In this document: piece after piece, positions 23,976 through 35,401 of the stretch
Position numbering within the stretch: the stretch's first letter is position 1
How the letters are laid out: the number at the start of each line of letters is the position of its first letter
Assembly: GCA_040285825.1 (NCBI GenBank)
Contig: JAUPSS010000003.1
Span: 1,550,001-1,614,000, forward strand
Direction: 5' to 3'
DNA length: 64,000 nucleotides
Source of the DNA: Eukaryota sp. TZLM1-RC
Lineage: Eukaryota > Protista > Metamonada: BaSk clade
Position numbers and translations under genes: made by a program
The notes under the pieces: model-generated
Databases searched by the model: none
Told to the model about the DNA's origin: nothing
The model's input: only the letters and a program-made list of their open reading frames with translations

Positions 23976-24680
23976 CTACTCTTCTCCTAACCGATGACCA
24001 CGACCCCATCTCTGCCTCCCCACTCTTGGTCGCTCTTGGTGTTGAAACAAAGCTTTGATTACGTTAGGGGTATGAAGATACTGGCGACCAGTTTGAAGGG
24101 GGAGAACATCTGCAAAATACCAATAAATATGACCAACAACTAATCCTATTATGATTGGCAAGATCTTGTTACCCATAGCAAAGTTGACAAGAACCATGAC
24201 ATAAGGAAGGTACGGTGCAGGCATAGGAATAAACAAAAAGTTCACCCTGGCGTAGGGGTTGCGCCTAGCCCAAATGTACAAAAGATAAAAGAAAAGGCAG
24301 TTGAACAAGAATGGAAGGGTGAGAATCCATCCTGCAATTAAGAACAGTGTCATTCCCATCAAAACCATGAACAACATATCTTCAGGTCTGCCCTGGAAAG
24401 ATTGTTGCTCAAGATCAACGGCTGTTCTGTACAGCGTGACCAGTGAAAAGAATACAGATATGATGTCAGTTCCCATATATGTGAACGTTGTAATACATCT
24501 CCACAGTTGCATCTTCATAAATGCATGCTGTGGATCGAAAAACAAATCAAAGTCGGATACAACGTTGGTGACAAGGGCCAAGAACGTGGCAATCAGTGAC
24601 ACAAATAATATACGAGAGATCGGAGGGATAGAGTTGACAAAAGATAAAATAGGGTTGTCTTGTGGAGGTTGCTGTTGCAT
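23976..24680 (-). CDS. Derlin (Der1-like) ERAD protein
   Basis: IPPISR, QLWRCITTF, WARRNP, APYLPY, GLVVGHIYWY, GRGHRLG (SHP-like); likely start ATG at 24680. Confidence 0.9.
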   Translation of the reverse strand: MQQQPPQDNPILSFVNSIPPISRILFVSLIATFLALVTNVVSDFDLFFDPQHAFMKMQLWRCITTFTYMGTDIISVFFSLVTLYRTAVDLEQQSFQGRPEDMLFMVLMGMTLFLIAGWILTLPFLFNCLFFYLLYIWARRNPYARVNFLFIPMPAPYLPYVMVLVNFAMGNKILPIIIGLVVGHIYWYFADVLPLQTGRQYLHTPNVIKALFQHQERPRVGRQRWGRGHRLGEE

Positions 24681-25999
24681 TCGGAACTGAAAAACTGGGG
24701 AAAATCTTTGATCAAAAAAAATTCTCAAATTCATTTTACTTACATAGTTTAAAGACTTACAGTAAAACCATATTGAAACCATGACCATGACATCCAAATG
24801 CATTTTACTGTAGAAAATCGCATTTAAATCAAGCAGATAAGCACTTTTAAGATCTCAGTGATCCAATATGACTTTTATGAGTACAGAGTAATAATTCTGT
24901 GGTGAGATTGATGTTATTGATGACGCAAAAGGTCGCTTTTGATTTACGCCGTTGAGAATCATCTTTGAATCACGAATAGAGTACAGCTGTGAAAAAAATG
25001 ATAAGTGTCAAAATTTTTCCACGATATAGTACAGACAAAAATTAATATTGTTCTTGCACATAAAGTGTCCATTATTTCTTAGAACGATTATACTCTATCA
25101 GGATCATTTCTATAGGGAACTCGTTCATTTGTCTTTTCAAAGTTAGACAACACCAAGGCCAGTGATGACGACCCGTGGCAAGACACAGTTCTTTGACGTG
25201 TAATCTTTCCCTTGTGGATTGGTTATGGAAGATTTTACTCTATTGTGTCCTGTCGGCCGAGTTGGCTTCTCATTTAAACAACAGTCCTCCTGAACTGGTT
25301 ATCCTTTGGACAACGTTCTCTATTATATTTTTTTACCTACTTTATGACATTCCAGCACCCTTGCTGTGACTTTTTTGATGTTTGACTTCTGATGATGGAC
25401 GATGATGTTTGTTGCTGAATCTTCATCCACACAACATCGGACACTATAGAAATTGTGTTTGTTGGTTTTGTATCATTTTGTATCTTTGGTCAGGTCTTTT
25501 TGCTTCTTGTTTTTTTTGTTGATAGTTGTTCTTCTTGTTTATAACTGCTAAGTGTGCTTTTGCTCATGCTTTGAAGCTTTTCTACAACTTCAATCATAGA
25601 TTGACCAGACCAACAGATCAACTAGATCAATTTGTAGACTCCTCAGGCATAATAATGTTAATGATGTGCTGAATCTAGATTTTTATCTAGTTGAACAGTT
25701 ATATGATAAATTGTATTTTTAATGACAGTGCTCATACATCTATCAGTTTTTTAAGAGGTGGAGTGGCAGAATGGGAAGCAACTTCTACTCTTCCAATTGC
25801 TTCCAGTTGAAGTATATATTTATTATATAAGAAAAATTTGTAAATAGCGGTAGCATTGGTACAATTATATTACACATCGATATGCTTCGATATCAGATTT
25901 ATGTAAGAAATATCATGTCATCAACCAAGGACTGAACTTAAATTATCCAATACAAAAATAAAAAATCAAAAATCAAATTAAACAATAAGAAACAAATTA

Positions 26000-27850
26000 T
26001 CGGTGATTTATCACTTATCGGTTCTTTGTCCCTTTTACAGCAGGGATTACAGATGTTCGTTACTTTGTCCCAACAAATTGGGTTAGTTATCAAATTGCCC
26101 AAATGTTTCATTATTGGTAATCAGAATGTTGAGGTAGCATTTAATGAGACTTTCATCAAATTTGTTGATTATGAAGCAGATGCAATTCGTTTTCTTGGCT
26201 CTTATTTTGGAAACAGTTAAAAAATTAGATCGATTTTGTTTGGTTAAATTTATTTTTATTTTCAACGCTAACAAAACATTAAAAAAATACTAATAATAAT
26301 AAAAAAATACTAGAAATCAATATCCTCAATACACGCATCAAGATCATCAAATCTCTTAAGCGCGATTTTCATACTCTAATCCTAATTGTAACAGTGCTTT
26401 GGTCAACATTTCTGGAATTGCTTTAAGAATACTAAAAACAATTCTATTGTGGCAGAAACTGAAGTTCAATTCTTTTCCTGCTCTTTCTTTTAAACTTCTG
26501 AAACCTTCGAGAAATTTAATGCCAGATATTCCAATGTTACCAAAAAGAGAAACAGCAAATGGAACCAGCTGATACTTGACATGCTCAACACATCCTAGCT
26601 GAGATAAGGGTTCATTGTATTTTTTGATTTTGCTCTTTTCAGCAAAGCAAAGTGGAGTTTCATCCTTTTTAGCAAAATCAATTACTGAGTCTTTACAAAC
26701 ATCAACAGTGACAACATCAACAACTTTGATCACACCATCAGACCCAAGGGTAATTAAATCAACACGGCATTTCCCAAAAGTATTTTCGTCTTCATTTTCA
26801 GATTACAACCTTCGCACAAGTGGTTCAACAAAAGCTTCAATGTGATGACTTTTGCACATAGCGTATAGTTGGTCTCTAACAGCATCGTGAACAACTGAGC
26901 GATATGTAGTATTAAATTTGTAATTAAATAAATGATTCAGATTGATAAGCTGTCTACAACGACAAATCAAATGACTTGGCACACTGCACGGCCAAAGAAA
27001 ACATCTCATTCTTAAGGCAGTTGTCCATTGATGGTCATTTAACAATAGACCGTAAACATTTGGATCTTGGGAAATGAGACAACTTGAGCTACTTTCCTTA
27101 AGATCAATTAAAAATTTAGCAAAAACGGGATTCTTTTCCTTAGCCAAGCTAAGACCTACAGTAAAATCCAAGTTTTCAAAAACTTTTAGTATTCTTTTCT
27201 GCAATTTGGCGAATGCGTCATATTGTGAGTTGTAAGAAGTTTCTTCAATATCGGTACGTTCTTCATAATGCTGTTCGTGAAGTGACCTTCGAATTGTTTA
27301 AGTGTTACAATTTCAGTTGCAAAGCAGAACCCTTGTTGAATCGTAATAGTGATAATAATTTGTTTGATTTTTGTTGTGGTGATTTAATTGCTCCTTTTGT
27401 GAATTCCTGTCAGGTTGTTGTTGATTTTACAACTGTTGATCCCTTTGCTTCAATTTAAAGTGATGGTGTTTGAGCTAGTTCTAATGGCCACTTGAACAAG
27501 GCTGAGGTTCGTAAACGAGACAAATATGATGAGTTATTGAATGATTTCAATAAGAACCTTTACTCAAAGTTTTCTTTTGTCCCTTTTGCCTTCTCAATTT
27601 TTGGTAACATTGGTCAGTCTGGTTTAAATTTTCTCAATGATTTTGATAATTTTTGTCGTTCAAGTGGTAAGAATTTTGCTGGATATTTATGGAAGAATCG
27701 TATCATTTTTGCTTTGTATAGAAGTGTTCCCAAGTATTTAAATGTAATGATGTCCAAGCTGTACAAGGATTCATCAAGAGTTGATGTTGAGAATTTTGTT
27801 TTTTGTGTGTTTTAATCTGTTTTGTTTTGTAATTATGCAGTAAATAAATT
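26000..27850. mobile_element. Cluster of RLE non-LTR retrotransposon fragments (+ RT piece 26000-26220; - 3' piece 26310-27210; + 3' piece 27213-27850)
   Basis: IGLVIKLPKC..IRFLG (RT end); C-x-C zinc knuckle, HDAVRD/HNAVRE, EPL, GDL..VVD, FVPFA.S.FG; the minus-strand piece is close to 44015-44900. Confidence 0.8.
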
Positions 27851-28493
27851 TTAATTCTACTAATAAGATTTTGATTCGATTCAAATCTTTTGTTGCTGTC
27901 CATGCACAAGACATAAACAAACACAGCTGTGTATGGACAAAATTAAAGAAATCAAGAACTGAGAAATTGTCGGTAGCTCGCGAACCAAGTTTCAATAAGA
28001 CATACTTTGTCCTTTATATCGGATTCAAACAAATTCTTAATTGTTGAGACATGCTACAACAACTTGGGCTATTGACACCTGACCATTTAGTTATTTTACT
28101 AAACGAACAGCGCCGCACTTTACTCACTACTGAAACCATACTTGATAACAGAAATAAAACTCACCAAATTGGCCATCTGGAATCAACTTTTTGCAGTGAA
28201 GAAGATTTTACTCAGCAATTAGATAGAACTGGATTTAAGATTAATTTAGATGATATTGAGTATAAAAGTTTGTCTGATATTTTAGCTCAATACAAAGACG
28301 TATTCAGCTAAAGCCCAATAAAGTTGGAACCGATTGTCCACCAATGAACAATTAAACAATTTTCATCTGGCTGTTTGTTGCGGAACGTTAAGTCCAACAT
28401 TTTAGTCAGTTCAAAGTATTTCATTTAAGTCATTTATTAAAAAACGTCGAACGAAATTATTTTATCAAATCATTTTAGACTGTTAGGGTAAGG

Positions 28494-30668
28494 ATGGATA
28501 AGTCTCTACTCACAATCCCATTCCTTACTTCTCAATACATCAAAAGGGAGGCAAGTAATTCTTCTTCTTCCGGTAAATTCTTACAAACAGTGTCTGGGAT
28601 ACTTGATGGCTCCTTATCTATAGGTACTCGCAATCCGTTGAATAAGGCACCATGGCTCACGGCTGAAATACTTTATGGTGGCTTTGCTAGCGGAAACCTC
28701 TGCGCAGGGGGTACCATTCAACCCCACGAACGTGACTACTGTTCATCCATGCTCAGCTTAACTTCTCCTGAAACCTCTGTTGACAAGCTGTCCAAGGAGG
28801 AAATTCGGCACTCCGCCAACACTTATTTCTTAACAACCACAGGGAACCAGCTTTTACTTCAGATGCTCAATGATTGTTCTTATTACTGTCCAACTACAGA
28901 AGAAGGTGCATTACTATCCATAGCTCTCTTAATGTCGTTAAAGCAGTTTCAGGAGGCTGAAAAGATTGTAAAGGCGATCACACCCTTCTTTTCGCAAGTT
29001 CGTTTCTTCCCAAAGCCTTCCACCCTAACCCCTCCGGATCTCACCTCGCCTTTTGTACATGTGTTTACGGTTTCCCAAGTGCTTTCCATTCTACAGAGTC
29101 TCAAGGTGAAGGATTCAGTCCAGAAAGAAGTTGATTCTGTCAATCAGTTGGTTCCCCTCACTGATTTACTTGTCAACATTGCTAGTGTAACTCAAGATGA
29201 GAAGGGTGTACCTTTTTCAGTCAAATCTAGAGAAGGAGAGTGTTTTTATCAAGATTTTATCTTTCTTTATGAAAATCTATCTGAAAAGCAGAAGAACAGC
29301 AAGCGTTTGAGAAAGAGTTACAGACCTTTTATCCAGGCTTGTGCCGTATTTTTTAATCAAAAGAAAAAAGTATCAACAAAATTAAAGAATATTATTAAAA
29401 ACAGAATGGATGGAATAATGCACAAACGAGGACTTCCAGGATCAACTCAGCATCAACAAATAAGAGAACAACAAAGGTTTAAGGTAAATAAGGTGGAGAA
29501 TTATATGAAAGATGTCTCTAATGCTAGAGAATATTGTTCTTCTATTGTTGAGGATAATCCAACATTAGGTCTCTTTTTGGACAACATTAGTAATTTCTAC
29601 AGCTTTCATTTCAAGGTGCAAAAAACATTAAGGAAAGCAGCTTACCTTTCACTCAAAGAAGTTGAAGATTCAGAAATTCTTTCAAGTTGTGAGCAATTAG
29701 CCAAAGTTTGCCATCAAATGTTAATTTTTTCTAAAATTTCTTCCTATGACGAACCATCTACTCAATACTTGGTTTATCAGCTTTATTCAGCTTTTGAAAG
29801 AAGGCGTTCCGTTCTTTTATTCAATTTACAATCACAAGTGGTTATAGCTGAAATTCCTTGGTTTTCAGCTCTTGTTAAAGTATTAGATTCTGAAATAGTG
29901 TCCCAACGTCGAGAAGAAAAGGAATTTGAAGCTGCAAAAGATGTTGTTTTCTTGTATTTTAAACTGTTTCCTTTCAATCAGTTGCCGAATAAGTTTATTT
30001 CAGCACTTCGACAGTTTAAAATCAATGGTAATTCTCTGAAACTTGTTACTGAATTAGCGGTTGACATCTTTGAAAACAATTTTTCACCTTCTTTTCTTCA
30101 AGCCGTGCAAGCAAATGCCAAACTATTGCCAAAACTTCCCAACCAACTCTACACTTTTTATTTTGACATTGATCCAGAAGCCCTTCAAGAACTCAAAAAA
30201 GGTTATGATTTGTATGAACTCTGCGCTTCTAGAATTCCAAATACTGATACTCTTTGGTTTAGTACATTAAGAAATGGCATGATTATTGAACAAACATACG
30301 TATTATCAACCATGAATCTTGCTCAACTTTGTTTTGTTTTCAACGTTGATTCAGCGATTATTAAGTCTGCAGTATTGAAAACAGCAAAGTTTATTATAAA
30401 GAGTGCACTTTCCCCCAAAAGTAAACGAGTTTACAAGAATACAGCTTACGCCTTTCGACAGCTACTTTTCTATTTGAGTTTTCTTTCAAATGAAAATTTT
30501 GAACAATCAACTAGGAATGTTGTTGATTTATTCCAGCAGAATCGCCGTGTATGTAGTTCTCCTTTGGCGATAATGATAAGTTCCTTGCTTGATAAGCAGG
30601 AGCTCCCTTCTGTTAAGTTTTATGGATGGGTGTGTTGTTTTGGAGATTTGGATTGGTTTTTTGTATAG
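28494..30668 (+). CDS. 724-aa hypothetical protein resembling a bacterial uncharacterised family
   Basis: Intronless ORF with motifs GTRNP..APWLTAEILYGGFASG..AGG, FERRRSVLLFNLQSQV..EIPW, ELAVDIF, NGMIIEQ, KNTAYAFRQ; family resemblance is from memory. Confidence 0.7.
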   Translation: MDKSLLTIPFLTSQYIKREASNSSSSGKFLQTVSGILDGSLSIGTRNPLNKAPWLTAEILYGGFASGNLCAGGTIQPHERDYCSSMLSLTSPETSVDKLSKEEIRHSANTYFLTTTGNQLLLQMLNDCSYYCPTTEEGALLSIALLMSLKQFQEAEKIVKAITPFFSQVRFFPKPSTLTPPDLTSPFVHVFTVSQVLSILQSLKVKDSVQKEVDSVNQLVPLTDLLVNIASVTQDEKGVPFSVKSREGECFYQDFIFLYENLSEKQKNSKRLRKSYRPFIQACAVFFNQKKKVSTKLKNIIKNRMDGIMHKRGLPGSTQHQQIREQQRFKVNKVENYMKDVSNAREYCSSIVEDNPTLGLFLDNISNFYSFHFKVQKTLRKAAYLSLKEVEDSEILSSCEQLAKVCHQMLIFSKISSYDEPSTQYLVYQLYSAFERRRSVLLFNLQSQVVIAEIPWFSALVKVLDSEIVSQRREEKEFEAAKDVVFLYFKLFPFNQLPNKFISALRQFKINGNSLKLVTELAVDIFENNFSPSFLQAVQANAKLLPKLPNQLYTFYFDIDPEALQELKKGYDLYELCASRIPNTDTLWFSTLRNGMIIEQTYVLSTMNLAQLCFVFNVDSAIIKSAVLKTAKFIIKSALSPKSKRVYKNTAYAFRQLLFYLSFLSNENFEQSTRNVVDLFQQNRRVCSSPLAIMISSLLDKQELPSVKFYGWVCCFGDLDWFFV

Positions 30669-31202
30669 TTTTGTTGTAAATATTTTAGTAATAATTCTTT
30701 ACTAATAATAATTTTTCTCAATGTGTAGTGTTTTCACTTCAATACGAATAAGTTCTCTGCTGGAATTCGCCCAATTGAACGAATTGTAGTAAGTCAATTT
30801 TTTTCCTCAACTTCCACTAAAAAACTAACATTAAGTAAATTATTGTATTGTGACTTACAGAATTGAATTACGTATAGATATCCGATCTTTCTGTCCCTTT
30901 TATGAGTCAGCAGATACATGATAAAAGCTGATTTCTGTCACACATTATTGTTAGTAAACAATGTAGATGAAACAAATCAGTTATCATGGTTTGCACTTAA
31001 AATTAGCTTTTTCTGTGAGAAAATTTCTAAGTAAAGTATCAGTGATTGAAAAAATTGTTCCAACAGGTGATTTCAGATTACCAACAGCAACAATTTTCTG
31101 ATAAATACAGTTTGTATAGTGTCTGCTGGTTAGCTACCGTATAACAATTGATTTTAAATAAAATACACAATTAAGACAAAAACATATATTCATAAAGAAT
31201 CC

Positions 31203-31619
31203 TCAAAAAAACAGACGTTTGAACTCTTTCATAATACATCTGTCATATACAAGGTCTATTTTATCAGCATTAGCAGCCTCTGTAGCTGAAGGATGTTGAA
31301 TTCCCTCCTGTAAAAACAAGACTGGAGCTGCAACTTTCAAACACTGTTCTAGATGCACAGGAACCTCGGCTGAGGGTCTGAAAAGAACCACAATAGAACC
31401 CTTAACGATTTCTTCATCAATGTCAGCCAAGGATCGATGTACTCGCTCACCAAGAATCTCATCGGCCGTTGGGTTGATAGGTATAATTGAAAAGCCCTGT
31501 TCCTTCATGAAAGCAGGGACACGATGTGATGGTTTGCTTGGGTTTGAGGAACATCCAACAAAAATGAGTGTCGGTTTGTTGTCGAGGATCTCCTTGAGTC
31601 TCTCGTTTGTTAGAAACAT
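31203..31619 (-). CDS. CoA-binding protein (YccU-like)
   Basis: VGCSSNPSKPSHRV..GFSIIPINP..EILGE, FRPS, LQEGI, DRCI. Confidence 0.85.
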   Translation of the reverse strand: MFLTNERLKEILDNKPTLIFVGCSSNPSKPSHRVPAFMKEQGFSIIPINPTADEILGERVHRSLADIDEEIVKGSIVVLFRPSAEVPVHLEQCLKVAAPVLFLQEGIQHPSATEAANADKIDLVYDRCIMKEFKRLFF

Positions 31620-32189
31620 TGAAAAAAACTACTGAAAGAATTACTCTGAAGACATATTTTGGATTTTCCACTGCCATTGGGACTTTTGAAGAAACTAAAG
31701 ATTTTCGTAATAACAAGGGTCTAAATGCTCTTCCTAGGTTACTTCAAGTAATCAATTTGTTGCAACGGCGGCTAATGACATTCTCTTTCTTGTCACCACG
31801 ACATTTTGTTAAAAAATGTGTGTAGTGTCATGAATTTGCAAGAAGGGTCGTCGTACTTGTGTTAGTGAATACAAAAAATACAAAATGACAGACAAAAAAA
31901 ATATTTTATTATGAGGATAATACACCTTTAAAACACATATATACAGTGTTAACACGTGTTCGATATGAGTCTCCTTTGACGGACAGATATTAGTTGTGCT
32001 GTTACAGTAGACAGCAGATTCTGTATATTTCTTTCATGGGTGAGAATTATCTAGTCCACAATTTATAACTAAATTCTGAAATTTCTATTTGGCTATTTTT
32101 AATTAATTTTCAAAACTACAAACTAGAATTTTTTTTAATTTTATTAGTAATTATATTGAAAAATGTATTTTCCACGGGGAATCAAATAA

Positions 32190-32660
32190 AAACAAAAACA
32201 AAACAAACTAAAACACATAAGAAACTAAATTCTCCACACCAACTCTTGATGAATCCTTATAAAGTTTGGACATCATTAAACTCAAGTACTTGGGAACACT
32301 TCTGTACAAAGCGAAAATGATACTTAATAATAATACTTAGTAATTATATTTATTATTTAAACTACATTTTAAAAATTAATATCTTCAAAACAAGCTTCCA
32401 CACCATCAAACCTTACAGCAGCAATGTTTTCGTAATGTGCACTGACAGACATTAAAGCTTTCGAAATCATTTTTGGAATTGATTTGAAAATAGTAAAAAT
32501 AATACGATTTAACCACAAACGACGATCCACGCTTATTCCTTCTTCTTTTTACAAGGTTTTCAAAATCATCAATAAAATTTATGGCAGTTTTTCCAGGACG
32601 TCCATACAACGATATAGCAATAGAAACTAGAAATCAAACTAGAAATCAATATCTATATTT
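32190..32660 (-). mobile_element. Short non-LTR retrotransposon 3' remnants
   Basis: 32190-32325 is an inverted homolog of 27700-27830; SLYGRPGKTAINFIDDF resembles the RLE C-terminus. Confidence 0.55.
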
Positions 32661-32698
32661 ATGTAAATATATTCGTGGCCAATAATTATAAAAAGCAC

Positions 32699-33109
32699 GT
32701 TTTGTGGATCTAAATACTCATTTCCCTTGATCCTTAAATGAACATTTCGTCTTCAACCTCAATTACATGGGGGACAAGCAGGATTTATTGCTAATGGTGG
32801 CTCTCCAAGAGACCTTATGTGACCACGGTTCTCCTTAACGACAAACGTGGTCCAAAAAAGGATTTCGTGTGTAAGGTTTGTGGAGTTATAAAACAAAACA
32901 CCAACATTACACAATTCCAGCACACACATATTTTAAAAATAATCTTGCACTTGTTCTCAATAACATGATTGAATTGAATAGATACAGTTTGATGTTGGTA
33001 TTGATATAACATTTTCTTAGACATTTGATTTGCTTAAAAAGTCCATTTAGAAACATTTATCACAAAAAAAGAGAATAAAACACAAGGAAAATCATTGTGG
33101 AGTTATTTT
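32699..33109. repeat. ~410-bp dispersed repeat, second copy at 49056-49466
   Basis: Colinear direct similarity, with an almost identical 3' ~100 bp. Confidence 0.8.
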
Positions 33110-33207
33110 AGACAATAAATTTGATAGTAATTTTGTTACAGAAAGAGCCACAAAATAACTGGAAAAAACAAAAATAAGTTGAACTGATAATCAGATTAAC
33201 CTCAACA

Positions 33208-35313
33208 CTACAATGTTAGATTTCGTAATTTCTCCAACATAGATGTGACTTCAGAAACAAACCCTTCTGTAGGTCTTTCAATTGCCATAGACTGACCACA
33301 AAGAGCTTGTTCTACTTGATGTATAATTTTGTCCAAATTAAACCTTAAATAATTCTGAATAAATGTGGCAACATTTGTGGGCAGTTTAAGCACCAAACTA
33401 TGGAAATACTTTAGCACTAAGACAACGCATCTTTCATTGTACAGCTTACTCCTTCCCAAAAGAGAAGGAGTCCTGCTTAACAAATCATTCCCACTCTCGT
33501 CAAAGAATGGATACTTTGAGCCTAGAATCATTGCAGAAAAAGATAGTAACACTCTTGTGAGTGAACCACCATCAGCTGTCCAAGACTCAGACTCTTCTCT
33601 TCCTTTCCATGTATTAATCAAAGACAGACAGACATGGCCAGACGGGAAAAGATTTGGATGGAGGTTGTATCCGAAAGAGACAAACTTCACTAGTGGAGGG
33701 ACGTTGGGGTAACTCTGGGGAAGAGCTAGATCAAACACAAAGGGAATTCTTTCAAAAGGAGTATCTTCAGGTCCTATAATAACAGCAGTAAAGAGGGCAA
33801 TATTTCTGGCTGATTGGAAAACATGGATATTAGATGGTAGCTCAGACAAAGACCTCAACTCCTGAGAAATTCTTCTAACTAAGTTAATAGAGAGAGAAGA
33901 CGAGGAAGGAACTTGGGGTGAGTTGAAAAGAGAATGTGTTGGAAACTCTGAATCACAAGTTACTAGGCTTCTGGCAAACTCAGCGTTTAAAAGATCAGGA
34001 TCAAGCACAGTCTTTGAATCAATCTCTTGTTGGACTTGTTGTTTTTTATTTATTTCTTCGTGATATTCTTCTTCAGAATCCGAGCTGTCATCAGAACTTG
34101 ACGAATCATCGTCATCACTATCGTCTAAGGAACACTCCACATCAAGTATGTCTACTTCTACGTAATCACCTTCTAAAGTAACAACCTTGAAATTACCAGA
34201 AAACCCTTCCCTATCAAAATCTAATATATAACCCACACAGTTTTGTATTTTTTGCGACTCAGAAGAGTTAATCTTTACCAGAGATCCTGGAAGGTAAGTT
34301 TCTGTCAGTAGTTCAATTGTATGTAGAGAATGTAAAACTTCAGTTGAATCCACAATTTTAATACAACTTGCCACTCCCTTCTCCAAATCAATTGATTTTA
34401 CAACAAAACAATCTTTATCATCACCTACACAGACACCTGGATAAATGAAGTCCAACTCAGAAGAATCTACAGAGGGTTCCAAGTCGACTCCATCAACCCA
34501 TTCACAAGTACCATTTTGGAAGAGAACCAGTGAAGTGGAATAGGTTTTGGTGACGATAAAGGATTTGCCGCCGTGGTTGACTACTCTACCAATGGTGAAG
34601 GGCTCAATGGCTCCAGAGTTCAAAATTTTAGAGGTGTCGATTGTTGCTAGCCTATTAAAAGCAACATTTGGGACAACTTCTAGCTTGGAAAACGTGCTGT
34701 TTCCTGGATAAATTACAGAAACAGCACAACTAAGTGGAGCAATTTCTGTAACCTTTACTTGTTTGCCTTCGAATAAAACAATTTGGTCTACCCCTATATC
34801 ATAAAGTTCCTTTCCCTCGCTGTTAAAGAGACTGTCATTGGGGTAAAGAATAACTGATTCTTGACTAGATAAGAGATCTACAAGACTTACTAAAAGAGAT
34901 GCCTCCAGAACATTGACGACACAATTGTTATCCAAAAGAGCTGGAGAGTTGATGTCAATATCATAAATAGAAACATTTTCAGCAGGAATTGAAGAGAGAG
35001 AAGAACTAGAGTCTATACTTTGAAGGTCCAGCACAAAGCGTGACTTTAAAACAATACCAGACATTGGTGTTGTGGAGTTACTCAGTGTGACAATATCGCC
35101 AGCAGCAAAAGATCTGTCCTTTAATACAAGTTTGTCAAATGATTCAATTTTTTTGGTTATGGAGCAATTGTTGAAGTAAGTGCAAACAGCTGTGTCTTCA
35201 AGAAGGTCTTCAGAGTCCGAGCTGTCAGATTGGTCGTCAAAAACTGACGTAACAAGAGCAAGAGAGTCGGAAGAAGAGGTACAGACTACATCATCCACAT
35301 AGAAGAGCTTCAT
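33208..35313 (-). CDS. Large ubiquitin-conjugating E2, UBE2O/UBC23-24-like
   Basis: C-terminal UBC domain AVIIGPEDTPF..FVFD..YPNVPP..LHPNLFPSGHVCLSLINTW; N-terminal DRSF..GDIV. Confidence 0.85.
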   Translation of the reverse strand: MKLFYVDDVVCTSSSDSLALVTSVFDDQSDSSDSEDLLEDTAVCTYFNNCSITKKIESFDKLVLKDRSFAAGDIVTLSNSTTPMSGIVLKSRFVLDLQSIDSSSSLSSIPAENVSIYDIDINSPALLDNNCVVNVLEASLLVSLVDLLSSQESVILYPNDSLFNSEGKELYDIGVDQIVLFEGKQVKVTEIAPLSCAVSVIYPGNSTFSKLEVVPNVAFNRLATIDTSKILNSGAIEPFTIGRVVNHGGKSFIVTKTYSTSLVLFQNGTCEWVDGVDLEPSVDSSELDFIYPGVCVGDDKDCFVVKSIDLEKGVASCIKIVDSTEVLHSLHTIELLTETYLPGSLVKINSSESQKIQNCVGYILDFDREGFSGNFKVVTLEGDYVEVDILDVECSLDDSDDDDSSSSDDSSDSEEEYHEEINKKQQVQQEIDSKTVLDPDLLNAEFARSLVTCDSEFPTHSLFNSPQVPSSSSLSINLVRRISQELRSLSELPSNIHVFQSARNIALFTAVIIGPEDTPFERIPFVFDLALPQSYPNVPPLVKFVSFGYNLHPNLFPSGHVCLSLINTWKGREESESWTADGGSLTRVLLSFSAMILGSKYPFFDESGNDLLSRTPSLLGRSKLYNERCVVLVLKYFHSLVLKLPTNVATFIQNYLRFNLDKIIHQVEQALCGQSMAIERPTEGFVSEVTSMLEKLRNLTL

Positions 35314-35401
35314 GTAGCAACCAGAGATGGCAAAATGTGATTGGAAGACGAAGTTATACTTTCCATTGTTATTTGGACTATTAAATCCCCATCTGTTTTA
35401 C

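Noticed and set aside
28051-28340. Gypsy pol-like fragment (ILAQYKDVFS)
   Set aside because: Single short motif with no RT or LTR nearby
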